DNA of 64,000 nucleotides. It comes from Camelus dromedarius. Taxonomy: Eukaryota. The stretch covers positions 112,346,001 to 112,410,000 of the forward strand of contig NC_087437.1 of assembly GCF_036321535.1 (NCBI RefSeq), read 5' to 3'. The notes under the pieces were generated by a model. The model worked only from the letters and a program-made list of their open reading frames with translations, was not told the origin of the DNA and searched no databases. Positions 1 to 12,180 of the stretch are shown one piece after another (the first letter of the stretch is position 1; each line of letters begins with the position of its first letter). Made by a program: the position numbers and the translations under genes.

Positions 1-1502
1 GTATTCATAGCAGGGCTGCTGCCCACACCTGGTGTGGCCGTGTCCGGGGTTGGGATCCTGAAGGACTCACCGCTGCTGCCACCGCCCCATGAAGCTCCCA
101 GTCAGGGACCCCGCTTGCTGGCTCTTTGCCTTTTCACCTCTGCTTAAGACTTGGCTGGAGCACAGCCTTGACTTAATGGGTTTGCGGCAGTGTCGCAGAC
201 CCTGCTCTCTCAAATGTTCCTTCTACCATCATTTCTTCTCAGGATAAGCTCTTTCGAAGGACACTCACCAGTCGCACGTGTAAGTAGATCTGCCATCCAG
301 ACATTTGAGTCTGAAGTTAAAACACCATTGACATTCAAGCTGGGAACCCTTCTAGAAGAGTTTGTGTTTTTAGTAAGCTCCCTCAAATGTTTTTTTCCAA
401 AATGTACGGGGAAGTAAATATTTTAAATTCATCTCTGATGCCCAAGAAATGCCCTGTTACTTAACAGTAATAACAGACACCACTAACATCCAGTTTCTTC
501 ACCTGAGGGAGAAAAGGCAAGAAGAGAGAATTTGATACATTTTTCGTGCAAAGGGGATACCAGTTTCCTGCCCTCTCAGTGTTCTGTCCCTGCTTAGAAT
601 TCATGTTTTAACAGGAAATGTCTTCTGGATGAAGTAATTGACACAGACCAAGAAAAGAAAAAGTGAGCAGAGCAGATATTCTGGCTTAGAAAAAGGTCTT
701 GGGAAGAGGGAGGAAATGAAAAAATGACATCTCGTGATAGCAGACTTAAATTGAACATTTCTTCTCAGAGACTCTCACCACTCCCACCCCCGACTCCCAA
801 CCCTCCCCCACCAAATTTCCTAAATCCATCAGAGAGGAGGGAGCTGAGGGGAAAGTGAATGACTGAATCAGAAAAACATTTTCCTATCTCTCCAGTAGAA
901 AAATGGCCCATTTTTCCAAAAGACTGGAATTAGTCCTTAAATATGTAACAAATATAGCGTGTCTTTTTGCATACTCAACTCTATTGTCCGTTCCCAGATT
1001 TTATAACGCTTTAATACTCTGGAATTTAACATTTTAAAAGATACGGTTATGAGTTTTTAAGAACAAAGGTGTGTCATCCACTCTGCAGTCTTCCTAGAAG
1101 ACCACCATGTACACGCATAGAAGTTGCCTTTGTGCCCATATGTATATGTACGTCTGTCCAGCTCGCTCCCGAGGAGAGATTTTATAGCATTTGCCAACAT
1201 AGATCCCCCTCTGCTAGGTGGCAAGCTCCATGAAAGCAAGGACTATCTTTTCTTTTTTTAACTTTGTAGCTGACACTTGGGAAGTGTTTAATAAGTGATT
1301 AAGCCGAGCGTTGAATTACATACTTCGACTGGATTCGCCACTAGAGGGAGGCAAGTCGCCCTATTTAGGTTCACAACTAGCTGGTATTTTGGAAACAGAT
1401 TCCTGAATGGCTGTGTCATGAGGAAACAACGCGTAGCTAAGGACTATGTATACCGTTTAGAGTGTCTAGATTTAATGTGTAGCCAAAGGCTGTGTATGCT
1501 GT

Positions 1503-1918
1503 TTAGAGTGGCTAGATTTAACAGAAATACGGGACACCCAGTTCAATTTGAATTAAATTTTAATCTCAGGTAAACAGTAATTTTTTAGTATAAGTGTGTC
1601 TCAAATATTGCACGGGACATCACTAAAATTTTGTTGTATAATGCTTTGAATAGTCTGGCATTTTACTTAAAGAAAGAAATGGTTATGATTTTTTTTAATA
1701 TGAAAGTATATTGTTCCCTCTTCGAAGTCTTCTAAATGACTTCTACCACGTAAACATGGAGAAATCTTTGTGCCCCATCTAATCTCAGATGAACAACAAA
1801 AACCTTTTTAGCGTATGTCCCATGCAGTATTTGGGACATACTTACACAGAACATTATCCATCTGTTTATGTGAAACTCACATGTTACTGGATGTCCTGTA
1901 TTTTAATCTGGCAACCCT
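1503..1918. mobile_element. Two MER53-like palindromic MITE fragments
   Basis: tacgggacacccagttcaatttgaatt...tagtataagtgtgtc (1503-1620) and tatgtcccatgcagtatttgggacata...tgtcctgtattttaatctggcaaccct (1780-1918). Confidence 0.65.
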
Positions 1919-3101
1919 GGTAACGTTAGCTTTAAAAAGTACTGTTAGGCCCTCCCAACCCCCCAAAACCAATATAAATAATGCTTCATACAGAAATTTA
2001 TTCTAGCTCCATTACATGGAACCTGTTCTTGTTACAACTGCAAACAATGGTTAAGAGAGTTAATATTGCAAGCATTATATAGCCAGAAAAATAAATTCCA
2101 ACCTAATTCTGTCCCAAGGAGGCGGCGTTGAGGGAAACATCTCCACGCTGTGGGGGTGCAGGCCTTTCTAGGGAATCTGGCCTCCTGCCAGCCTCCCCTC
2201 ATTGGTCAGCTGGTTCTGCTCACAGTTACTCGAAAGCTTACCTTTCCCACTGGACTGTGAGCCAACTTGAGCTCAAGGGCTTTGTTCCTTTGATCCTCAG
2301 GCCAAAGGGTGCCTGACATATCGTGAGGAGTTGTTCAAAGAAAGGGTCTGTTGAATTGAAATGGATTCACTGTTTTCTTTAGAGTTATTTCCTTCAGACC
2401 ACTCTCCAGGACTAGGATTACTGGTCAAAAAGCAGGAATATTGACAACTCTATCTACTGCCTTGCGTGTATTTGTGTGTGTTTCTTTCTGGCCTCCTAGA
2501 CTGCCCTCCTTTGAGGCAGGGACAGCCTTCTACTCTTACTCTTCTCAGCACCTCCATGTACGGACCTCTTACTAGGAGACCAGTAAATGCAGGTGAAAAA
2601 ATGGACCTCCAGGCCCCCCTCCACTGCACTCTTTGCCAGCTGAGGACAAGGACCCATGGTGCATCCTTTTGCTCAGACCAGAAACTTACGAGGAGTCTTT
2701 GACCCTCCCTTCCTCCACACCTTATCCAATCCATCCTCAAGTCCCGTCCACTCCATCTTCTCAATCACTCTTAACTCCTTCCGCTTCTACACCCATTGCC
2801 CCCGCCCTGGTCTATGTTGCCATCCCACCTCCTCCCTGGTCCTGCTCCTTGTCTGTCCTTCTCCAAGTCATTCTCGTCACAGGAGAGTGGCCCCTTGAAG
2901 ACAATACTTGGGACGTATTAGATGTCTTTCCGTTGCCCTTGGATTAAGCCCCAAATCCTAACATGTCTCCTTTCTCCAGCCCAACCTTCCCAGCTTTACT
3001 CCTGTTCCTTGAACTATTACTCTCTAGGTTGTGTCTCCCTGCTGTAGCCCCCCCACCCCCCCACTCCCTACTTCCACATCACCCTAGAAAGTACTCAGAT
3101 A

Positions 3102-3365
3102 ATGAGGAGGGTAATAGCTCAGTGTTAGGGCGCAGGCATGGCATGTGCAAGGTCCTAGTTTCAATCTCCAGTACCTCCACTAAAAAAAGAATAAGAAAAA
3201 GGAAAGGAAAAGAGGAAGGAAGGAAGGATAGGAAAGGGTAAAGAAAGATAGAAAGGAAGAAAGGAAGAAAAAGAGAAAGGAAGGAAGAAGGAAAAGAAAA
3301 GAAAGAGAAAGAAAGAAAGGAAGAAAAATAAAGAGAAAGGAAGGAAAAAGGAAAAGAAAAGAAAG

Positions 3366-3455
<90 letters not shown>

Positions 3456-3539
3456 GAAAAGAGAAAGAAAGAAAAAGAGAGAAAAAGGAAGGAAGGAAGG
3501 AAAAGGAACAAACAAATAATTATTAATTAAAAGAGAGGA
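3102..3539 (+). mobile_element. tRNA-derived SINE (Vic-1-like) with expanded purine tail
   Basis: gagggtaatagctcagtg...ggtcctagtttcaatctccagtacctcca; TSD aaagtactcagata at 3088-3101 and 3540-3553. Confidence 0.8.
3190..3515 (+). repeat. Polypurine low-complexity tract with (GAAA)n microsatellite
   Basis: Pure GAAA run at ~3367-3454 within a G/A-rich tract. Confidence 0.95.
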
Positions 3540-3799
3540 AAAGTACTCAGATAGTGACGTTTCCCCTACTAGACTGCCAGCTCCTCGCAGGCAGGGACCT
3601 GACAGGCCTGCTCAGTACAACGATCCCAGTTCTCAGCATCCTGTCTGGTACAAGGTAGAGCTTAACACATGTTTTTAGATGAATGAATGAATTACATGTC
3701 TTTACTTGGACCTGTGAATCCACCAAAAGGCCTGGAATGAAAGAAATTGGAAAATCCAGGACAAAGCAGTCCAGGGAAGGGACAGGTCTTGGTGTCTAT

Positions 3800-4680
3800 T
3801 CTTTTTGATGTTGTTGTAAATGGAATTATTTTCTTAATTTAATTATCAAATTGTTCATTGCTAGTGTAAAGAAACAAAATTACATCTATCTGTCTATCTC
3901 TTGTATCTTGCAACCTCACTGAATTTGTTAGTTCTTACAGGGCTGGGTTTTTTTTTGGTTTTTTTTTTTTTTTTGGTGGCTTCCTTAGGATTTTCTATAT
4001 ACAAGATTTTATCATCCGTAAATACAGATAGTTTTACTTCTTCCTTTCTAATCTAGATGCCTTTTGTTTGTTTTCCTTGCCTGACTGCCCCAGCTAGAAC
4101 TCCCAGTACAAGGCTGAGCGGAAGTGAACAGTGTCCTGTTCCTGACCTTGGGGAGAAAGCTGGTGGCCTTTCTCCATTCGCCGTGGGACTTTCGTGGGCG
4201 CCCTTCATTAGATGGAAGAAGTTACCGTCTATTCCTAGTTTGTTCCGTGTTTTTAGTTTTTATCATGATAGGGTGTTAGATTTTTGTGAAATGCTTTTTC
4301 TGTGTCTACTGAGACCATCTTTTTTTTTAACCCTTTATATTATTAAAATAGCATATGACATTGATTGGTTTTTGTATATTAAACCAACCTGCATTCCTGG
4401 GATAAATCTCACTTGGTCATGGGGTATAATTCTTTTTACATGTTGCTGGATTCCACTGGCTAGTATTTTGTTGAGGATTTTTGCATTTATATTCATAAGG
4501 AATGTTGACTTGTAGTTTTCTTCTGATGCCATTGTCTGGTCTTGGTATCAAGGTCATACTGGCCTCGTAGAATGAGTTGGAAAAGGTTTCCTTCTGCTCT
4601 ATTTTTTGGAAAAGCTGATGAAGATTTGGTATTAATTTTTCTTTAAATGCTTTGCAGAATTCACCAGGGAAACCATGCTG
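3800..4680 (-). mobile_element. LINE-1 ORF2 fragment
   Basis: Minus-strand translation [36 protein letters not shown] and [12 protein letters not shown] are L1 ORF2 RT-region motifs. Confidence 0.9.
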
Positions 4681-6709
4681 ACTTGGTCTTACATTGTGAG
4701 AAGCTGGACTGTAATTGGCTTCTTTGGTGTTTCCCAATATTGACCATTTTAAAATTATAATATTCCTTAAGTACGTGTGAATTTAAAACTGAATATAATC
4801 TTCAGTTTGTAGCTCTCATACAACCACAAAACCAAATCAAATTTATAAGTGAATTCTAATCAAAACTGTAAAACAATAAAATTAAGGCAAAAAACATTAA
4901 CCCAATATTTAGAATAATGTTATTTGTTAAAATTAAATTGCCACTGGCAGAATGAATCTAAAGTGAAGGTTCTTATGAGCTCAGCATGGCTTGTCTCCCG
5001 TGTACCCTATAATGAACCAATTTAATATGTAATTACTTTTTTAAAAAATCAAACTATGATGAATCTCTGATTGTATAGTACATAGTTAATACCACTTAAC
5101 CATATTTGGCAAGTTTAGAACATGTTAAGTCTGTCTCTGTTTATGTCCCATTACCTGGATATGGTCAAAATAGTGCTAGCACACCCCAAGGAAACCCTAA
5201 GCACAAACACATGATAGGTTCATTCTGATGATTCCAGAATTTGCTTATATATGTTTTTTTAAAGATTACCACCAAAATGAAAGCAAATTCTTAAATTTCT
5301 GGAAGAGACTTAGTGTGCCCCACAAATAAGTCTGCAATTTGGGAAACATCGGCTTGGAACTTTTTTTTAATGGTGTGCCTCAATCCGTGCCAAAGAGCTC
5401 CACATGAATCCTTACGCATGATTACCCTCAGAAGATAGTTACTCAAAGTATGGTTATACATGTAGCTTCTTGAAGTTCTTCCATTTATAAATATCTCATC
5501 TTGAACAACAAGGAAAGAAAAAAAAAGTAAAAATCTTGTGCAGGTCACCATGACCTGACCCAGAAATGACTTGGTTGTTGGTTTTCCTAAGCAAGAACAA
5601 AGCAGTTGAGCAAATACTTAGCCACCACCTCCTCTACAAAACCACTTTTGCCTTTTAATGAGTAGGACTTTATAGTGAATGAATCATTGAGAAGGAAGCC
5701 CCACATCTATAGAAATAGCCTTGGAGAGGATGGGAAGCAGTAGACCCTGCTTCACAGCTGAGTTGGACCTGACCCCAGCCCTGGCCCCAAGGTATGACCA
5801 CTGCACTAACCCTCCTGGCTGAGTTGACTCTGACTCATCCTCTTACTCTCATCTTTTGAACAAGATCCTAAAGACGGGGGTTACAGAACAGTCAGAGCTA
5901 TGATCCAAGACAGATGACTAACATTGCAGCATCTCCTGGCCCATCCGCCCCAGGGAGAAGCCAGACCATGCTGGGTACCACATTGAGGTTATGGCCAAAG
6001 TGCAGTGTGGAACAGTGTTTGGAATCACTTCTTCCATCTTTGTCTACTGAACCCAATAAATAGCCTTAAAATGACCTAAAAGATCTCCTGTCACTACAGA
6101 GCATCGTGTAACATGTTCACATCAATTGACTCATGTGGGAAAGTTTTGCGGGGACTTGAATGCTTTCCTTTCATCTTAATTCAACTAGTTAACTCAGGAG
6201 CCAGATGGAAAAATGGTCAAGCCCTATAAGAAATTGAAAAAAACAAAACTAACTTTCCAAAATGGTAGGCAAATTTGTTAGGTATACTCTAAAATTCTCT
6301 TTAAAATTTCTTCTCAACAAACCAAGAAACTGAGTATCTCCATATGTTTTATTTGGAGGGCTCATTTTCGGGCCAATTTTTATGACTGAAAATTACTCCA
6401 TTTTCATCTCATTGAAATCTGTTCCAAGTTATGTTAAGACTTTTTACAATGTTTACTGCACGTTCTAACTGCACAGCATGCTCGAGGAACATGAAATAGC
6501 TTTCTAATAGAGGAATTAAGGAATCAGTTCCTTAATTTTCACCATCTGGCATCTCTTTTCTCCCAACCACATCACACATCTAAGATTCAGGCAGTCCCCA
6601 GAGAGCTCACTGTAAGAACTGCTATCCTGTCTAAGCATGGCTGACAGTACAGTAAAGCATCAAAGAGAGCTCATCTAATCATCCACTTTTCTGAACATAG
6701 AAAGCAGCA

Positions 6710-7470
6710 GATGGCTGGAGAGGCTGTGGAGAAAAGAGAACCCTCCTATATGACTGGTGGGAATGAAGTTTAGTGCAGCCATTATGGAAAACAGTATGGA
6801 GATTCCTCAGAAAACTAAAAATAGATTTACCATATGATCCAGCAATCCCACTCATGGGTATATATCTGGAGGGAGCTCTAATTTGAAAAGATACATGTAA
6901 CCCAGTGTTCATGGCAGCACTATTTACAATAGCCAAGACATGGAAACAACCTAAATGTCCATCGACAGATGACTGGATAAAGAAGTTGTGGTATATTTAT
7001 ACAGTGGAATACTACTCAGCCATAAAAAAGAATAAAATAATGCCATTTGCAGCAACGTGGATGGAACTAGAGATCATCATTCTAAGTGAAGTAAGCCAGA
7101 AAGAGAAGAAAAATATCATATGATATGACTTATATTTGGAATCTAAAAAAGGAGAAAAGAAAAAAGAGGACACTAATGAACTCATCTACAAAACAAAAAC
7201 AGACTCATAGACATGGTAAACAATCTTATGGTTACCGAGGGAAAGGGGGTGGGAAGGGATAAATTTGGGAGTTTGAGATTTGCAAATGTTACCCACTATA
7301 TATAAAAATAGATTTAAAAATTTTTTCTTCTGTATAGCACAGGGAACTATATTCAATATCTTATAATAACCTTTAATGAAAAAGAATATGAAAACAAATG
7401 TATGTATATGCATGACTGGGACATTGTGCTGTACACCAGGAATTGACACATTGTAGCTGACTGTACTTCA
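6710..7470 (+). mobile_element. LINE-1 3' end
   Basis: [33 protein letters not shown]...MPFAATWMELE (ORF2 C-terminus) followed by L1 3' UTR. Confidence 0.92.
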
Positions 7471-8999
7471 ACAGGGAGTGTTTTCCCTGGCTCATCACAG
7501 AAGAGGAAGTCAGAAATCCAAAGCATGAAGATTCAACTCAGCCTTTCTGGAGAGAGGGAGCCCCATCGCAAAGAATTTGGGTGGCCTGTCGCCACTGGTG
7601 GACAGTCAACATGGAACTAAAGTTCAGGTCCTTAGAACTACAGCTTCAAGGAACAGAATTCTGCCAACGACAAGAACAAGCTTCAAAGGGGGTTTTTCCC
7701 CAGAGTCTCCAGACAAGCGCTCAGTCCAGACAACACTTTATAATATGCTGAGCAGAGCACCTAGCCATGCCTGCACAGTATGGTCAACAACCTGCAGGCT
7801 TAGAAATTGGGAGAGTTCATCTTAAATGACCAATTACCTATGGGGGTTGAGTGCATATTTCCCCTGAGCAAAAAGTGTTCATTTGACCTCATTAAAATCA
7901 TAACTATGTAGAAAATAATAGATGAGTTTTGACTTCTTTCGAGAGAGAGGAACTGGTAAAATGAAGCATTTGTCTTGCATATTTGTTTTCCTCGGAAACT
8001 GTACTGAGGTTGTACCCAAAGCTGTTCTCTGTAACTGGCCCTGTAGCAGCTGTGACTGGTATCCACTTCCTGTAACTCACATCTCGATGACAATAACCGT
8101 CAAGAATGAATATGTGAACTGAAGCCTGCGTCTTCCTAATTCTGTTGCTGTCTGTTATTTCAGGGAAAGGAAGTTGAAAAAAACAAACAAAAGAAAAAGG
8201 AGGCCAAGAGCATTCATTCATCCTACAAACCTCGATTGGTTACTAAATGCCCATACTGTGTAGTCGGGGCAGACCACGTTCAAGGATCATCGACATGGGC
8301 TGATTATAAACTTAGGATGTAAGGTTGCTTTTGTGTTGTCCATTCAGTTTTAAACAATTGTCACGGAGAAATGTGAATTTCTCTAATTCTTTGGCCTGTT
8401 AACCCACTTCCTCAAATGTAGAGTGTCTTTTATTTTGAAAATTTCCCCTCGACCAAGCATGCAGTTATCTAGTTACACTTCCTCTAATGCAGGGAAGCTT
8501 ATTTTTTTAAGTGTGGAACTTAAGCAAAAACTCAACTGCCATAAGAACAGATAAACTACAGAGTTCACCCGAGAGCATGGGAATGGATAATTTAGAATTC
8601 TTAGCAAACACTTCTTTCTGATGTGATGCAACATTTGTTCAGTTTTGCAATTAGACACCAAACTGTGTGTCCAAGGGACAGGGGCTTCACAGCCAGCAAA
8701 ATCGGTTCAAATCCCACCTCTGCCACCTACTGGCTGTGTGAGCTTGGGCAAGCAGCGTCACCTCAGCCTGAAGCCCAAGAAGTACTCAGTAAGTACGAGC
8801 GATCATTAATTACACCACAGGTGTAATATAATCCCTCATACGGTAATAAATCCCTCATACGGCAGGTCACACCATGGGTGAGCTAAGATAAGCAATCACT
8901 GAGCTAAGCAGTGATGGACGTACAGTTTGCTGGACAATTCATGGTTGCAGGATTATCTAGAAGATTCTAGAATCGGGTGCTTCAGCTGATTTGAAACCA

Positions 9000-9900
9000 A
9001 ATCACCCTTTCCACCCCTGCGTCTTCCCCATCACAATAAATAGCAACTGATTTCCTCCATTTTTCGAGGCCGAAAACCTTTTGCCACTCTTGACTCCTGT
9101 CTCCCATTCTATCTGCTGGGAAATCCCATCAAAACATCTCGTATCTGACCACTTTCACCTGCCTCTGCAGCTACTGCCTGGTCTAAGCCACCATCATCTC
9201 CTGGTAAGATGATTGCAGTCGCTTCCTAGCTGGTCTTCCTTCCTCCTTCAGCCGTTTCCCCTCAATCAATTTTAGGTGACTGCTAGCAATGTAAGCTAGA
9301 TCATGCTACACTTTGACACCAAACCCTTCCGTGAGTTCCTTCTCAAAGTAAAATCCCAAATCTTTCCAATGATCTACAGGGCACCTCATCACCCCTCTGG
9401 TTTCATCTCCCCCTCGCTTTCTCCTCTCCAGCCACACTGCTCTCCTTGCTATTGCTCAAGAACACTAGGCATGCTCCTGCCTCGGGGCCTTTGCACTTGC
9501 CAATTGCTCCGCCAAGCATGCACTTCTCCCATGCTTATCCCCATGGCTCACATACAGGTTCACTTCCTTCAGGTTTTTACTCAAATGTTATTTTCTCCAA
9601 GAGGTCTGTGTCCTGTTCACTCTATCTTAAATTGCATTCCTACCCTTGCCAACACACACACATACACACATTTCCTAACCCACTTCCCTGATTCATTTTT
9701 CTTTTTAGGAAAAAAAAATTCTCTTATGTTTCTTGATTATTTTCTGTCTCCCTCACTAGAATGTACATTCCACAAGGACAGGAATCTTTGTTTTTTCCTT
9801 TTAATCTCTTTTAGTCACTGGAGTATCCCTGATGCTTAGAAAGTACTGGCACGCAGTAGATGCTCAGTAATATTTTATGGTTAAATGAATGAATGAACAA
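9000..9900 (+). mobile_element. L2 LINE fragment
   Basis: ctccagccacactg...cctcggggcctttgcacttgc...ctcactagaatgt...tggcacgcagtagatgctcagtaa...tgaatgaatgaa terminus. Confidence 0.75.
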
Positions 9901-10182
9901 ATGAGTGATTTATTCACTAAATTACAAAGTGTTAAGAAAAAGTGTTAAGCCCTATTTCTGGACTTTACTCGGAGTGACATACTGGAGGGGAAGTCAAGTG
10001 AGGAGAGCTAAACCTTCTTCACAGAGATTTCAGGTTCCTCCACGCCTTTGAAAACCTGAGCAAACGCAGGCAGCCATGGTCACTGTCATTCTCCAGACAT
10101 CATGGCTTTGACAAGAAGGTTAAGTTAAACCCTTAATGAACTCACATGATTAAAAATTAAATTTTGACCTTCCAATCCGGGT

Positions 10183-10559
10183 GTTGTGGACTGAGTGTTT
10201 GTGTCTCCCCAAAACTCATTTGTTGAAACCTACCTGCTATATGATGGTATTAGGAGGTAGAACTTCGGGGAGGTAATTAAGATTAGATGGGGTCATGAGG
10301 GTGGAGCTCTCATGAATGGGATTGGTGCTCCTATAAATGTCACTGGAGAGCTTGCTTCCCCTCTTTGCTCTCATATGGGTGAGGACACAAGGAGAAGTTG
10401 GCCGTCTGCAACCCAAAAGAGAGTTTTCACCGAAACTCAATCCTGCCTACATCCTGATCTTGGACTTCCAGCCTCCAGAACTATGAGAAATAAATTTCTG
10501 TTAATAAAGACACCCAGTCTACGGTGTTTTTGCTGTATCAGTCCAAACTGACTAAGACA
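10183..10559 (+). mobile_element. MLT1-type MaLR LTR
   Basis: tgttgtggactgagtgtttgtgtctcccc...tcttggacttccagcctccagaactatgagaaataaatttctg...ctaagaca. Confidence 0.8.
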
Positions 10560-11269
10560 CTAGGTGAAACTGTTTTTTTCAAATGAATATCTCAAAAGGA
10601 AAAATAATAAAAGTTTAAAGGAAGTTAGCCAAGGAGACCAGCTTTTCATCTGCTACAGGCTGAACTGGGTCTCTCCTCACCTCCTAGAAACGTAGATGTT
10701 GAATTCTTAACACCCAGTACCCCCGAATCTTACTGTATTTGGAGACAGAGCCTTTGAAAAGGTAATTAATTAAGGTAAAACCTTAATCAATGACCTCATT
10801 AGGGTAGAGCCTAATCCGATATGACTGCTGTCTTTATGAGGAGAATAGGGAACATCTAAAAAAAAATACCTTCACAGAAACCTCTGGACTAATGTTTGAC
10901 CAAATATCTGGATACCATGGCCAAACCAGGTTGACACATAAAATTAACCATTATGAGATGCTTGTTAAATTATCCCACAGTTGATTGATTCATTAAAATG
11001 AGTTATTGGCTTAGTTTAAGCTGTTGTCACTGAAAGAAAAAACACACTACTTTAAAATACTTTCAAATTTCATGGTTTTTAAAAAATAGACATCCATTTT
11101 TTTCTTTAACACTAATTGTACTTGAGGTATTTTTAAGAGCGAAACAAAAATGAGCAAATATTCTGGATTGTGGTAGTGGTTGCCCAACTCTATAAAATTA
11201 CTAAGAATTATTGAATTATAACTTAAGATAGATGTTTTATGATATATAAATTATACCTCAAAAGTCTAC

Positions 11270-12180
11270 TTTTATTGAAATATAGTTGATTTACAATGTG
11301 TTAGTTTCTGGTATATAGCAAAGTGATTCCATTTTATATATATTCTTTTCCATTATGGTTTATTACAGGATATTGAATATAGTTCCCTGTGTTATACAGG
11401 AGGACCTCGTTGTTCATGTATTTTATATATAGTAGTTTGTATCTGCTGGTCCCAAGCTCCTAATTTATCCCTCCTCTACTCCCTTTTCCCTTGGTTAACC
11501 ACAAGTTTGTTTTTTATGTCTGTGTGTCTCTGTTTTATAAAAACAAAGGTTCATTTGTATCATATTTTAGATTCCACATATAAGCGATATCATATGGTAT
11601 TTATCTTTCTCTTTCTGACTTACTTCACTTAGTATGATAATCTCTAGGTCCATCTGTGTTGCTGAAAATGGCCTTATTTCATTCTTTTTATGGCTGAGTA
11701 GTATTCCATTGTTTATATATACACCACATCTTCTTTACCCATTCATATGTCAATGGACATTTAGGTTGCTCTTATGTCTTGGCTATTGTAAATAGTGCTG
11801 CTGTGAACACTAGGGTGAAGGTGTCTTTTCATATTAGTGTTCTCTCTGGATATATGCCCAGGAGTGGGACTGCTGGATCATATGGCAACTCTATTTTCAG
11901 TTTTTTAAGGAACCTCCATTCTGTTTTCCATAATGGCTACACCAATTTACATTCCCACCAACGGTGTAGGAGGGTTCCCTTTTCTCCACAGCCTCTCCAG
12001 CATTTGTTATTTGTAGACTTTTTGATGATGGCCTTTCTGACCAGTCTGAGGTGATACCTCATTGTAGTTTTGATTTGCATTTCTCTAATAATTAGAGAAG
12101 TTGAACATCTTTTCATGTGCCCATTGGCCATTTGTATGGAGAAATGTCTATTTAGGTCTCCTGCCCGTTTTTGATTGGAT
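11270..12180 (-). mobile_element. LINE-1 3' end
   Basis: Minus-strand [23 protein letters not shown]...[16 protein letters not shown] plus 3' UTR. Confidence 0.92.

Noticed and set aside
561..697. Minus-strand exon candidate
   Set aside because: Weak donor, stops, and the implied intron to the next acceptor would be only 58 nt
2240..2425. Minus-strand exon candidate with AAG|GTAAGC donor
   Set aside because: Largely an L2 3'-end remnant with an in-frame stop
3161..3515. Phe/Leu/Ser-rich minus-strand ORFs resembling membrane proteins
   Set aside because: Translation of the (TTTC)n microsatellite
9303..9839. 178-aa ORF
   Set aside because: Lies within an L2 fragment
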